A stretch of 64,000 bases of DNA from Lytechinus pictus. Lineage: Eukaryota. The notes beneath the pieces are model-generated. The model was not told the origin of the DNA, made no database searches, and was given only the letters and a program-made list of their open reading frames with translations. The translations under genes were made by a program, and so were the position numbers. The stretch lies in the NCBI RefSeq assembly GCF_037042905.1, contig NC_087245.1:1798001-1862000 (forward strand), written 5' to 3'. Within the stretch, counting starts at the first letter, position 1. Each line of letters starts with the position of its first letter. This document shows, piece after piece, positions 26,190 to 38,099 of the stretch.

Positions 26190-29100
26190 ATGGCGTACGT
26201 TGTGCTGTTGCACGCACAAAGAGCTCTGAGGAGAGACAGAATTTTTAGGGATCGTACTCAGCCTTTGGAGATATACGACGACACTGATATGCTCAAGAAA
26301 TATCGTTTCAACCGACAAGGAGTTATTTTTTTAATAGATTTTCTGCGAGAAGAACTAGCTCATCCGACAAATAGGAATCACGCTATTCCACCAACCTTAC
26401 AAGTATTCATTGCACTGAGGTTTTACGCTACTGGCTCAGTCCTTGACAATAGTGCTGTGCACCATGGTGTAAGCATATCAACGGCTTGCAGGATAGTAAG
26501 AGCTGTCAGCTGTGCACTCTCCAATCGGAAAAATGAGGTAATTAATTACTTAGTTAATGTTAGGCTTCGGTTTGCATTTTAAAATGACTCAACTCCTCTC
26601 ATAATCTCAGACTAAAATCTGCATACATTTGATTAAGTGGGGCTGGCTTCAGGGCTTGGGATGGTTTTAACCAAGTTTAAACTCTGCTTCTGCTTACATT
26701 ATTACCTCGTTCGTAGGATGAGTGCTTCTGGCTAGATTCACAGCAACTGACTCATTTGGTATTTATTAATGGTAAAGGTTTTTGAAAATCCAAAATTCAA
26801 TAAAAATAAAAATAAATCACTCTGACAATTCACATTTCCAGCTATACGATATCCTGGGCCTTGGGTGTATATGAAGACCCATTTTACCCAGGGAGCTCCG
26901 GCCCGCGAAGCAGTGGCACAGTGCGTAACTCCCTGGCCTGGGATAATCTATCTAGTCTGTATTTACGCCGGTAATGACGGCTTGATCTATTCTAGAATCT
27001 AGGCCTTTTCAAAGTCGAGCCTTGAACCTACCCATAATCCATATCAAATCATTCAATAAAAAAAAAAGTCATGACAAATGTACCGTATTTACAGTTAACT
27101 TAAATGTCGACGAGTTTATAGGCGGCCATAGGCATAAATTCACTCGTTGACGGTTGAGCTCGATCGCTGCAACTTGTTCCTAATCCTAGTCCCACACGTA
27201 ACAAATGCTGTAGCCATCCTGGGGCAAAGTCTGCAATTCCTTTTCAATGTTGTTCCAGGGGCCACCAAGCCTCGCCAATCCTTGTAAGTCACATAAATAA
27301 TCAGAACAATATTGAAAAAGCTGCATCCAAAAGCCTTAAGTAGATTTACTTACAACTTTTTGGTAAAGAACTTGGCTTAGTCTAGCTGAACTCTAACTTA
27401 CTCTCTAGTCTAAACGTTAACTCTACCGGCGGCTGGCCCACTAGTGAAATGAGATGGCGCTTGTGACTTGCTTGTGTACGATCAACAACCTGATAAATGA
27501 AGGAGTCTTTTTTTTTGTAATGCGAAGCCGTGATTTGGGGGGGGGGTGAGGCATATCAAGCCCCCGATGGTATGGTATAGATACAAAACGAATGACAATA
27601 TTTGTTATGTTTTGTCGGTAGGAAAAGTCAATTGCCTGATACAGGGGTGGGTTGCATGCCGGGGTTGCATGCATGCATAATTTTCCAGGGGGGGGGGGAT
27701 TTTCCCCGAAGAAAATATGACAAGCAGAACAAGAAAAAAAAATAATGAATAAGATTATCACCCCAAAATTGAAGGTCATTTCCTCCACGCAAAATTTTGG
27801 AAAAAAAAGTTCTCACTCATGTAGGAAGGGCAGCATATCCCATGAAAATATGCTGTGACTTTCAAAGGAGGGGGTGGCGAATTTATATTATAATCATGGC
27901 TCTTAAATGGATAAGTGCAATGTTTGATAAATTTCAGGGGCGGATCCAGCTTTCGCCATGAGGGGGGCCGACAAATATTTTCATCAACATTTTTCTCGAT
28001 TGGCCGCTATAATCTGATTTTTTGTTGTTGGTTTTTTCAGGGGGTAGTCCTAACAAAAGGCTGAAGTTTTAAGTATGTTAGTTTTTATTGTTATAAACAA
28101 GATAAGGTATATCATGTGGTCTTGATATATAATGCGAGCACGAAGCGCGAGCTAGAATTCTTTGATATTTTATGGCCTTATATAGGACTGAAGATTCTGA
28201 GCATTTTTTATAATCATGAACAAAGATAAGTATCCAACTAAAAAATGCGAGCGCAAAGTGCGAGTCGAAATTTTATTAGAGTTACGTGAAAAGGGACTCA
28301 ATTAGGACTGTTTTAGTGATTAATGAAGAGGATACAAGTATCACCAATTAAATAATGAGAGTGCGAAGCGCGAGCTCAAAATTTTTGATATTCCGACCTG
28401 AAAACTGGACAGTCTAAGCGCGTTTTAATTTGAATAAAGAACAAGCTGTTGTCCCTAACAGTTAAATGCGAGCGCGATGCACGAGGTTAATTTTTTGATA
28501 TACTGACATGATAAAGGAGCATTTTGACAAATTTTGGAAAGAATTTCCAAAGAGGATAGGTATCTCACAAATCAAACAATGCGATCGCGCAGCGCGAGCT
28601 GAAAATTTTGATATAACAATTTGTGTAAATCGAACAAAATAATTGAAGCTTGATGTGCGAGCTAAAATATTGTGTGCGAATTTTATTTCAGAACTGGATA
28701 TATTAAGAGTCATTTAATCCTCTTGATTCATTACACGGGCAATGCGAGCGCGAAAATTTTTATTATAGGTCTATTTTCCAATTCTTCCCCTCACCTTTTT
28801 CTTGTTTCCTTTCGGGATCGGGCCGGCCGTTACGAGTCTGTAAATGACACATCATGGGTATAATACCTTTCTTACTTTTCTTTCTGTTTTTCGTATCAAG
28901 TTAAAGAGTACACTTTTTTCTGCAGTATTTGAGTATGATCCAATATACGTGGATTCTAATCAATACATTTTGATACTTGAAAATAAGGGGGGGGGGACTG
29001 AATGTGCCCCTGGATCCGCCATTGGCCTGATATATTTTACAAATGAATGATGCCAAATAAGGTATATTACTAAATTCCTATCAATTTGGAACAAGCTGGT

Positions 29101-32100
29101 AATGGGGGAGAAATATAAGGAGCCTTTACTAACTTTTTTTTAAAGGAGCGTAAAATAAGTGTTGTACTCGATCTTCAGCATTTCTTACAGTTTAATTGCC
29201 AGATTTGTGCATTTACTCTCGGTGAAATGATTAAAAAATTTTAAATAATCATTATTCTTATTTATTTTATTTTTATTTCATTTATTTATTTATTTATTTA
29301 TTTATTTATTCATTCATTTTTTTTATTTTTTTTTATTTTTTATTTTTTATTGCTGCTATTTAGAGTCGATTATGCTCATGATTCTGCTGTCAAATTATCA
29401 TATGTTGAATAAATACTCACTGTCAATAGGCAAATGCATTACAAATACTCAATATATATTCCTAACGTTTCTTTGTCGGGAGGAAAAATCCATTATTTAA
29501 ATGAATACTTGGAATATGAAGGCCACAATTATACCTTTGTTATATATCATGCTAAATCTTTGGCTGATATTTCGATCATTTTCTCTTGAATGACCAAACA
29601 AATACCCCAGAAATAAATATCCCATTCTGGCATCTGTCCAAATATAAATATTCATGAATAATATGCATTATTTCATTGCTAACAAGTTCTAAGTTTAATA
29701 TGTAAATATATAGCTTGTATATTTAATAACATGATTAATATTGATCTCCATGTGCTATATTAATTTCTTTATTCTAATTTAAATGAAAACATTGCCATTG
29801 CCGGTCTTATACCCATCTTTTTCACATCCCCAAACACTTTCACTGTGGGATCCGATGATAGAAACTAACACACAAACTATTTCTAATCAATGTTTTCAAA
29901 GGCTTAGAGGAGTGATGTCATTTCTGTAAGATTCTTGCATTTATTTCTCATTTTGTTGAACTGATTTTAAATCAGTTTCAGAAAAAGATCCCCTACTTTA
30001 TTCTAAATTCTATTTGAAAAATATAAAAAAAGAATCTTACGAAACCCGGCTTACTCATATTTCCAAATTCTTCCCTATTATATATTGAAAGAACTCAAAG
30101 ATTTTCTTTTAACCATCAGCTATCATCAGTCTGCAATAGACAATGGAATTTAAAGTACATAAAAATATGCATATTTAAAATATTTCATAGGTCAATAATT
30201 TAATTTATTTAAATGCAATTTTATACACTTTACAATATTTACATCACATGTAGTAATACTTATATTAATTTATCAATAAGTAATAACTTTGCATTAGATA
30301 TATTAAGCATTTGATTACACGTTGATACCAAATATACAAAGAATTGGTCAAAAATATTCATAACAAAATGATTTTTAGAGTATGATGGAATGTTGCATTT
30401 TCTAACATGGCAAATAAAATACCAGTAAGTGTAATTTTCAAGATATTTCGAGAAGAATGTTCCGCAATTATTGACTACAGTGGCACTTATAATATTGTCA
30501 TCATCTCTAAATTATCATTTCTTACTGCAGTTCATCACATTCCCCACAACACCGCACAAAATAAGGGAACAACAGAATAAGTTCTACCACATTGCACAGT
30601 TTCCAAAGGTGATTGGTGCGATTGACGGAACTCACATCTATCTACATGGAGCACCATTGGGACAGGATGAGTACCTGTACACCAACAGGAAAGGGCGGTA
30701 CTCAATAAACGTCCAGCTTATCTGCGATGCAGATTTCCGAATAATCAACGTGGTAGCTAGATGGCCCGGGAGTACGCATGACTCCAGAATTCTCCAGGTA
30801 ATATACAACAGATTATTTTATTTGCTTTTGCATAGTTAATTCGTCAAATATTTAATATTTTGTATCAATATATACCATTCTAGAATTTGACGTTTAACCT
30901 GTTGACAGATAATGGAGCAAAAAAACTGCCAAACTTCTATTTTTAGGATTTTGATGAAATTCAAATTCAAATTTTACTTTACAAAAAAGAAAAAGTAGAA
31001 TGGCAAGCTAGTAAATGAATTGCACGTATATCTCCCAATTTCTTCATGAACTTAACTTTTTTGAGTTGTTGAAAGTTAAGTCATCATTACTTTTTTAGCA
31101 TCGATATCTTTGTGTTTATTCATTTGTTTTACTATTTGCAGCACCCCTTGACACACATGAAATCAATTATTGTGGTTTAATTTTTACAGAACAGTGTAGT
31201 TGGACAGAACTATGCCAATGGACGTTTGCATGGCATTCTCCTTGGAGATTCAGGCTATGCCCTGCACCCTTGGCTTATGACTCCTATCCTGAACCCCCAA
31301 AATCAAGCACAGAGAGCGTACAACCAGTAAGTAGTATTCATATTTCTTAAAGTTTGGAACACACATTCTATCTTCATCCCCCTTGAGCTGGTTGGCTGAT
31401 GACTTATACACTGTGAAAAACAAATCAGTGTTACATGTTTATCATCAACAATGTACTTTACATCTAGATAAAGACGACCACTGAAAAACACTTCAAATAT
31501 CAATCCTTTTCTTTTTTGTTAGTGGACATTCACAAATACCATAAAATCTATCATAAGAATGAGACACTTGATATGAAACAGGTAGGGAGTTACTTTTTCC
31601 AACAGTGTGAAAAGCAATATTCAATAACAACATTCTATGCATTGTACAATTAGAAATGTGTCCACTGTCCACACCATGAAAAGAAGAAAACAAGTGGTCC
31701 TAACATTTTTTAAATCTAATAACCATCATATATATATTTATGTATATTTCAATGTTTTTGCATTTCTTATAAAGATATCATTTCTCAACATTTTATTTTA
31801 AATATTGTTTCTTTCATGTTTGACCCTACATGTAGTTCTCCCGGGGGAGGGGGGGGCCATAATGCCCCACCCTGACAATTTTCGCGATTTATCTGCTGCG
31901 CAAAATTTTAATTTCTTAATCTTCATGAATTTTACAGATCTCACTGCCGCACAAGAGCGCTCATTGAGCAAGTTAATGGGCAATTAAAGAACAAATTTAG
32001 GTGCTTAATTGGACAAGGACTCCAAATGCGGCCTGACAGAGCCTCCAACGTCATCTTGGCCTGTGCTGTGCTGCATAATATCAGCAAACAACTTCGGCAG

Positions 32101-32211
32101 CCTGAAGTTCTCTTCGACGTGGAAGCAAATGATGACATAGTTGAGCAAGTAGATCACGCCCCCAATGGTGTAGAAGCACGGAATGTTATCATTGAAAATC
32201 ACTTTTCATAG
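26190..32211 (+). CDS. Harbinger DDE transposase (HARBI1-like), 341 aa; exons 26190-26537, 30531-30797, 31190-31326, 31938-32211
   Basis: All three introns are GT-AG (phases 0, 0, 2) and join into one 1026-nt ORF. N-terminal KYRF..LQVFIALRFYATG HTH region; catalytic motifs IGAIDGTH, RWPGSTHDSRI, LLGDSGY and HCRTRALIEQVNGQLKNKFRCL; also ACAVLHN. Confidence 0.95.
27935..29024. mobile_element. Inverted copy of the 3164-4243 element nested in transposase intron 1
   Basis: Starts caggggcggatccagctttcgcc, the reverse complement of 4221-4243; collinear inverted similarity over ~1 kb; ends ctggatccgccattg; no clean TSD. Confidence 0.8.
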
Positions 32212-32271
32212 TATAATATTGTTTTTGGTGTAGTTGCTGGCAAAATTATGAACATTCTGATATCAATTATT

Positions 32272-34088
32272 ACAAACTATCAATCTAGTGTCTTTTCAAA
32301 TTGGACAATTTTATGTATGTCCAAGGGTTGTATGCTGTTATACAAAAAAGAAACAAACTATCAACCTAGTGTCATTTCAAATTGGACAGTATATCCAATG
32401 GTTGAATGTTATTTTACAAAAAGAAACAAACTATCAACCTAGTGTCATTTCAAATTGGACAGTATGTCCAAGGGTTGTATGCTGTTATACAAAAAAGATA
32501 CAAACTATCAACCTAGTGTCTTTTCAAATTGGACAGTATATCCAATGGTTGAATGTTATTTTACAAAAAGAAACAAACTATCAACCTAGTGTCTTTTCAA
32601 ATTGGACAGTATATCCAATGGTTGAATGTTATTTTACAAAAAGAAACAAACTATCAACCTAGTGTCATTTCAAATTGGACAGTATGTCCAAGAGTTGTAT
32701 GATGTTATACAAAAAAGATACAAACTATCAACCTAGTGTCTTTTCAAATTGGACAGTATATCCAATGGTTGAATGTTATTTTACAAAAAGAAACAAACTA
32801 TCAACCTAGTGTCTTTTCAAATTGGACAATTTTATGTATGTCCAAGGGTTGTATGCTGTTATACAAAAAAGATACAAACTATCAACCTAGTGTCTTTTCA
32901 AATTGGACAGTATATCCAATGGTTGAATGTTATTTTACAAAAAGAAACAAACTATCAACCTAGTGTCTTTTCAAATTGGACAGTATATCCAATGGTTGAA
33001 TGTTATTTTACAAAAAGAAACAAACTATCAACCTAGTGTCATTTCAAATTGGACAGTATGTCCAAGAGTTGTATGATGTTATACAAAAAAGATACAAACT
33101 ATCAACCTAGTGTCTTTTCAAATTGGACAGTATATCCAATGGTTGAATGTTATTTTACAAAAAGAAACAAACTATCAACCTAGTGTCATTTCAAATTGGA
33201 CAATTTTATGTATGTCCAAGGGTTGTATGCTGTTATACAAAAAAGATACAAACTATCAACCTAGTGTCTTTTCAAATTGGACAGTATATCCAATGGTTGA
33301 ATGTTATTTTACAAAAAGAAACAAACTATCAATCTAGTGTCTTTTCAAATTGGACAGTATATCCAATGGTTGAATGTTATTTTACAAAAAGAAACAAACT
33401 ATCAACCTAGTGTCATTTCAAATTGGACAGTATTTCCAAGAGTTGTATGATGTTATACAAAAAAGAAACAAACTATCAACCTAGTGTCTTTTCAAATTGG
33501 ACAATTTTATGTATGTCCAAGGGTTGTATGCTGTTATACAAAAAAGATACAAACTATCAACCTAGTGTCTTTTCAAATTGGACAGTATATCCAATGGTTG
33601 AATGTTATTTTACAAAAAGAAACAAACTATCAACCTAGTGTCATTTCAAATTGGACAATTTTATGTATGTCCAAGGGTTGTATGCTGTTATACAAAAAAG
33701 ATACAAACTATCAACCTAGTGTCTTTTCAAATTGGACAGTATATCCAATGGTTGAATGTTATTTTACAAAAAGAAACAAACTATCAACCTAGTGTCTTTT
33801 CAAATTGGACAGTATATCCAATGGTTGAATGTTATTTTACAAAAAGAAACAAACTATCAACCTAGTGTCATTTCAAATTGGACAGTATGTCCAAGAGTTG
33901 TATGATGTTATACAAAAAAGATACAAACTATCAACCTAGTGTCTTTTCAAATTGGACAGTATATCCAATGGTTGAATGTTATTTTACAAAAAGAAACAAA
34001 CTATCAACCTAGTGTCTTTTCAAATTGGACAATTTTATGTATGTCCAAGGGTTGTATGCTGTTATACAAAAAAGATACAAACTATCAA
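32272..34088. repeat. Tandem array of 24 units (73/74/81 bp) with three unit types and a 374-bp higher-order period
   Basis: Constant part ACAAACTATCAACCTAGTGTC(T/A)TTTCAAATTGGACA...TACAAAAA(A)GA(A/T). Variable part A gtatatccaatggttgaatgttattt, B attttatgtatgtccaagggttgtatgctgtta, C gtatgtccaag(a/g)gttgtatg(a/c)tgtta. Order BACAACABAACABAACBABAACAB. Confidence 0.95.
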
Positions 34089-34434
34089 ATCGGGTATTAA
34101 GACAGCTTTAAGGGCCTCAAATGTTTTTTTTTTAATTTATATATCATTACTTATGCCTTTACTGGTCTTGAAGTGTTTGAAGGATATTCACATATGTTGG
34201 AATCTTTCTTTTTACATCGAAAAATATTTGCCACATTTGATACACAATGGTATTCCCTTGGTAAAGAAAAGAATATTCATTAAAATACATGTATAAAGAG
34301 GTCTGAATTATAATTCTATAACTATAAAACCATGGTAACAATATATAGTGTGTCAATATAAAGGTCAGCTAGATCATCTGTGTTTTGTAATCTCTTTACA
34401 TCATCATTACCATAAACAAAATTAATTTGACCAT

Positions 34435-37400
34435 TTAATGTAGCTTATCCCTAATCTCCTTCAAGACCATGAGGATCCCCTGCAAGGCCTCCACCTTTTG
34501 GTCCTCCTTCTCTAAAAACCTTTCGTGGAAAGATATAAGAGATGCCTGGTGAGAAGTTCGGGGGAATGTTTCTGCTGGCTGCTCTCCTCCTGTGGCTCCT
34601 GTATTTCAAAATTGATAACAAAATGAATAATGATTAAGAATCAATGAAGCATATGAAATTGGTGAAGATTCATGACAGTTAAATTTCATGGAAAAGTGGG
34701 ATCAAATATAAATTTTCATATAAAATAAGAGAAATATAATAAAGAATATTTCATCATGAACATTTTGCAGACTACCTCACTTCCTACCATCTACAAATTG
34801 TCAGTGCAATCGGGTAATCCCAGTCAAGTTCTAAAAGCTCACCCCCCCCCCCCCTTTCATGGAGGATGTTCAGAGGAAATAGCTGGGCACTATAAGGGAT
34901 AAAATTTTAAATTGTATAGAAAACGTTTTGCATTGTAAATGAATGAATGAATGAATGAATGAATAATGAATGAATGAATGAATGAATGTTAGAAGGAGTG
35001 AATGAATCTGGGAGTGATGGGATGAATGATGGAATGAATGTATTGGAATAACGAATGCATGTATGAATGATTGAAATCTAATGTGATTTTCATTTATTTT
35101 TTTCATTTCAAAATGAATAAATTTGTGTAAAGACTATCAAACACAATATTCTGTCTTCCCATTTGTTATGTACTTTTTATAACAAAAAATAAGAAAAAGT
35201 TAGAAATGATGAATCTTTAAAAGTACTAAATGATCATAAATAAATATGAGTTAACTTGATGGTGGAAAGTGGTAAATGCTCAGAGGCATGAGCCCATCTT
35301 TAAATTTCAAAGACCAAGAGATACAGATGAGGTTAGAATAAAAATAAGAGAGAAAATCTATCAACCATAATAATAATGATAATAATATAGGGTATTTATA
35401 TTGCGCACATATCCACCTTGTTATAGGTGCTCAAGGCGCACCTATGTAACATGCAACATGTTGAGTCAACTATTATTTCTTTTACCACTGGCAAATAATT
35501 GAAATTGTAAAAGTTAATTCTATAGATTTCCTTTTGTTAATTGATTCATCAGGACCACACCAGACAGATCTCTTTCTTACCTTGTGGTATTTCTTCCCCT
35601 TGAACGATTTCCTCCTCCTCCTCCATCATATTCATAAGGAGTGCTGCTGCAGCGTCATTCTGACTTTCAGTCTGTAATTGAAAAATGAGATATAATACAT
35701 GAATAAAAGTTCAGTAATAACTTACAGAGAATATAGCATACCAAATATCTCCCAGAGAATATACCACCTCAAGTATGTCCCAGAATAGATCTCTCTTCAT
35801 TCCTCTTCCATCTACTAGATCCCTTCATTCATCATTTTCCTCTAAATCAACCTACATTTTACCTCCTTTGCATGAAGACCCAATATAGTGATCACATGTT
35901 TGCTGTAATTGCTCGTGCCCTCTGGAAAAATCTCCCAATTCAAACCATATCCAAAATGTTTCTTCCATAGAAATATCAAAATCCTTACTTATTACCTCAT
36001 CTTATTATTATAATTACTATCGTAACATATAACATAAATAAGCATTTAATCTTTCCTTTCTCAGTTCAAGAGCACTTTAAAAACCTGCCTTTTTAATATT
36101 ATATATATATGCTATATTCTTATTTAGATCAAGTGCATAATTAAGTATTAAATACTATGCGCTTAATAAATCTAACATTATCATTATCATAATAAATTAT
36201 GAACATAAAAAATTACCAATGGCAAGTCAGCCTCCACAGAGGTCTCTCCCTCCAGCCCACAAAAACCATCAAGGGCCTGTGGCGCCAGTGCCGCCAGTAC
36301 TTCTTCATACTTCTTGTTATATTTCACTGGTCCACCTCCTGAAAAAAAAATTAAAAAAATAAGTTTGAATTATTGATTCCAATAAAACCTCTATTTCTTT
36401 TCCTCTGGGTTTTCTTGTTTATGGTTAAGTGCATATTATAATTTTTGTTCCGAGAGCAATGACTTATTAATGAAAACATGAACAACATTTATAATTAACA
36501 TGGATCGCATATTACATTTTAAAGAATTGCTTTATTCATCAAAGCATGCACAACATAAGCAATGTGCGGGTGGGAGAACCAACGCTATAATTCACTCACT
36601 ATTTCTTATATTTATAGTATTAATCCCTAGAACCAAATGAATTATTCTCTCAGTGCAGTATGTTTCCAGATTTATTGTTTGTTTTATCCGAAAAGAATTT
36701 AACATAACAATAGTAGTTACATTTATATAGCGCTTATTATACTTTGTTTCTAAGCGCTTTACATTGCAATTATTATTACCCCGGTCATCGGATCCTGACG
36801 TGCCTGCACACAATGTATGCACTTTCTCCACTCCCTGGGGAGCATTCCAACAAGAGTTCCAAGACTAAATTGCTAGGCATACTACATAGGATTTTGCATC
36901 TTAACGGGTACCCATTTAAAACCTGGGTGGAAAGTGGCAAAGTGTGGATTAACGCTTTGCCAAGGGACGCTTGGCCGTGGTGGGAACACACGACCCTCTG
37001 ATCGCAAGGCGAGAGTCAGAATCGCTACACCATGATGATTCCACGATAAACCATAATATAAATAAAATTAAAATGAGCATGTGATATCATTTATTTAAGT
37101 TGTATGTCTTCTACGTCCAAATTTACAAACAAATAAAGGTAAACAAATTTTCATCCAATTAGCATGAATTTATCGTAATTTTTCAGTGGTTACAATTTTG
37201 ATATTGTTAGGATGAACTTGACATTGAACAAAAGAAGCCAAATTATGTTGTAATACCTGTTGCCATCCTTTGCAACCTATACTTTTTAGCTTTGCTGGAC
37301 CAGCTATTCCAGCTGGTCCTCAGATCCTTCCAGGACCTCCCTTTCGGGAGGCCCTGGGCCTCCATCTCCTGGAGAAGCTGGTTCCAGGTCCGCTCCTTCC

Positions 37401-38099
37401 TCTGCTGGACCTAATACATAATAATAAACGAGAAAACATGAAACCGATTACCAAAACCAACATGTAATATAATCGTAAATAAATCCTTTATTATGGTTCC
37501 TCTTATGTCCAAGTTTCATGAACTAGATCTATAAAATTTCAAAGTTATGATGACAATTCCACAAATACCCACATGGCCAAAGTTCGTTGACCCTATAAAG
37601 TGACCTTTGATCTTGGTCATGTGACCTGAAACTCAAGTAGGATCTTAAGTAATACACTACTACCCTTATGTCTAAGTTTCATGAACTAGGTCCATAAACT
37701 TTCAAAGTTATGATGACATTTCAAAAGAAAAACCTTGATTAAGATTTTGATATTGATTCCCCCAACATGGTCTAAGTTCATAGACCCTTAATGACCTTTG
37801 ACCTTGGTCATGTGACCTGAAACTCAGGCAGGATGTTCAGTAATACTTGATTACCCGTATGTCCATGTTCCTAAATGAGGGAGATTTGGGAGCAGTAACC
37901 ATTTCTGTTCTTGTTGGCTTGTCATTTTTTAAAGTTTATTCTCAGGGCCTTGAAAAAAAAATGTAGGCGAAATTAAACATACCCTCACACTGCAATGCCC
38001 TGCCTTTCCAAATAATGGCTCTCGATGCGCCCTAACAAACTCTGCCATGTGGTGGACCTGCTCTTCAGACAGGTTGCCCTGCCTGTTTTCTTGATTCAT
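34435..38099 (-). CDS. Myb/SANT-like (trihelix) DNA-binding protein of the Harbinger element, 215 aa; exons 38099-37983, 37410-37257, 36338-36217, 35671-35581, 34598-34435
   Basis: Four GT-AG introns (phases 0, 1, 0, 1) give a 648-nt ORF: MNQENRQGNLSEEQVHHMAEFVRAHREPLFGKAGHCSVRVQQRKERTWNQLLQEMEAQGLPKGRSWKDLRTSWNSWSSKAKKYRLQRMATGGGP, then an acidic linker and a C-terminal helix KVEALQGILMVLKEIRDKLH*. The Trp spacing and TGGG motif are typical of Harbinger ORF2/NAIF1/MSANTD proteins. Confidence 0.9.
34938..35070. repeat. (TGAA)n microsatellite in the last intron of the Myb-like gene
   Basis: Direct reading. Confidence 0.85.
36712..37045 (-). mobile_element. Near full-length tRNA-derived SINE in a Myb-like gene intron
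   Basis: Minus strand: tggtgtagcgattctgac (A box), partly deleted B box, body shared with the 17441 and 6513 copies, tail aagcgctatataaatgtaact. Confidence 0.75.
37500..37870. repeat. Two ~165-190-bp tandem units with TGACCTTTGA(C/T)CTTGGTCATGTGACCTGAAACTC motifs (interspersed repeat remnant)
   Basis: aagtttcatgaactag..tttcaaagttatgatgaca occurs at ~37511 and ~37674; the tgacctttga motif at 37601 and 37792. Confidence 0.7.

Noticed and set aside
27100-27300. Possible third gene or exon inside transposase intron 1
   Set aside because: Short open frames on both strands but no recognisable motif or consistent splice partners.
26190-32211. Calling the gene the domesticated host gene HARBI1 (and the partner NAIF1)
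   Set aside because: Both genes lie between intact TIRs with a TSD; orthology cannot be shown without phylogeny, so no symbol is given.
32272-34088. CRISPR array interpretation of the repeat-variable-repeat structure
   Set aside because: The variable segments are only three mutually homologous variants, not unique spacers; there are no cas genes and the context is eukaryotic.
32248-34296. Many overlapping 64-124-aa ORFs
   Set aside because: Translation by-products of the tandem array; unit lengths of 73 and 74 bp break the frame.
35765-36190. Possible L2-type LINE 3' remnant in a Myb-like gene intron
   Set aside because: Only a faint FAVIARALWKNLP-like trace; too decayed to support as a feature.
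37270-37467. Plus-strand Pro/Gly-rich 65-aa ORF
   Set aside because: It is the antisense shadow of the Myb-like exon 37410-37257.
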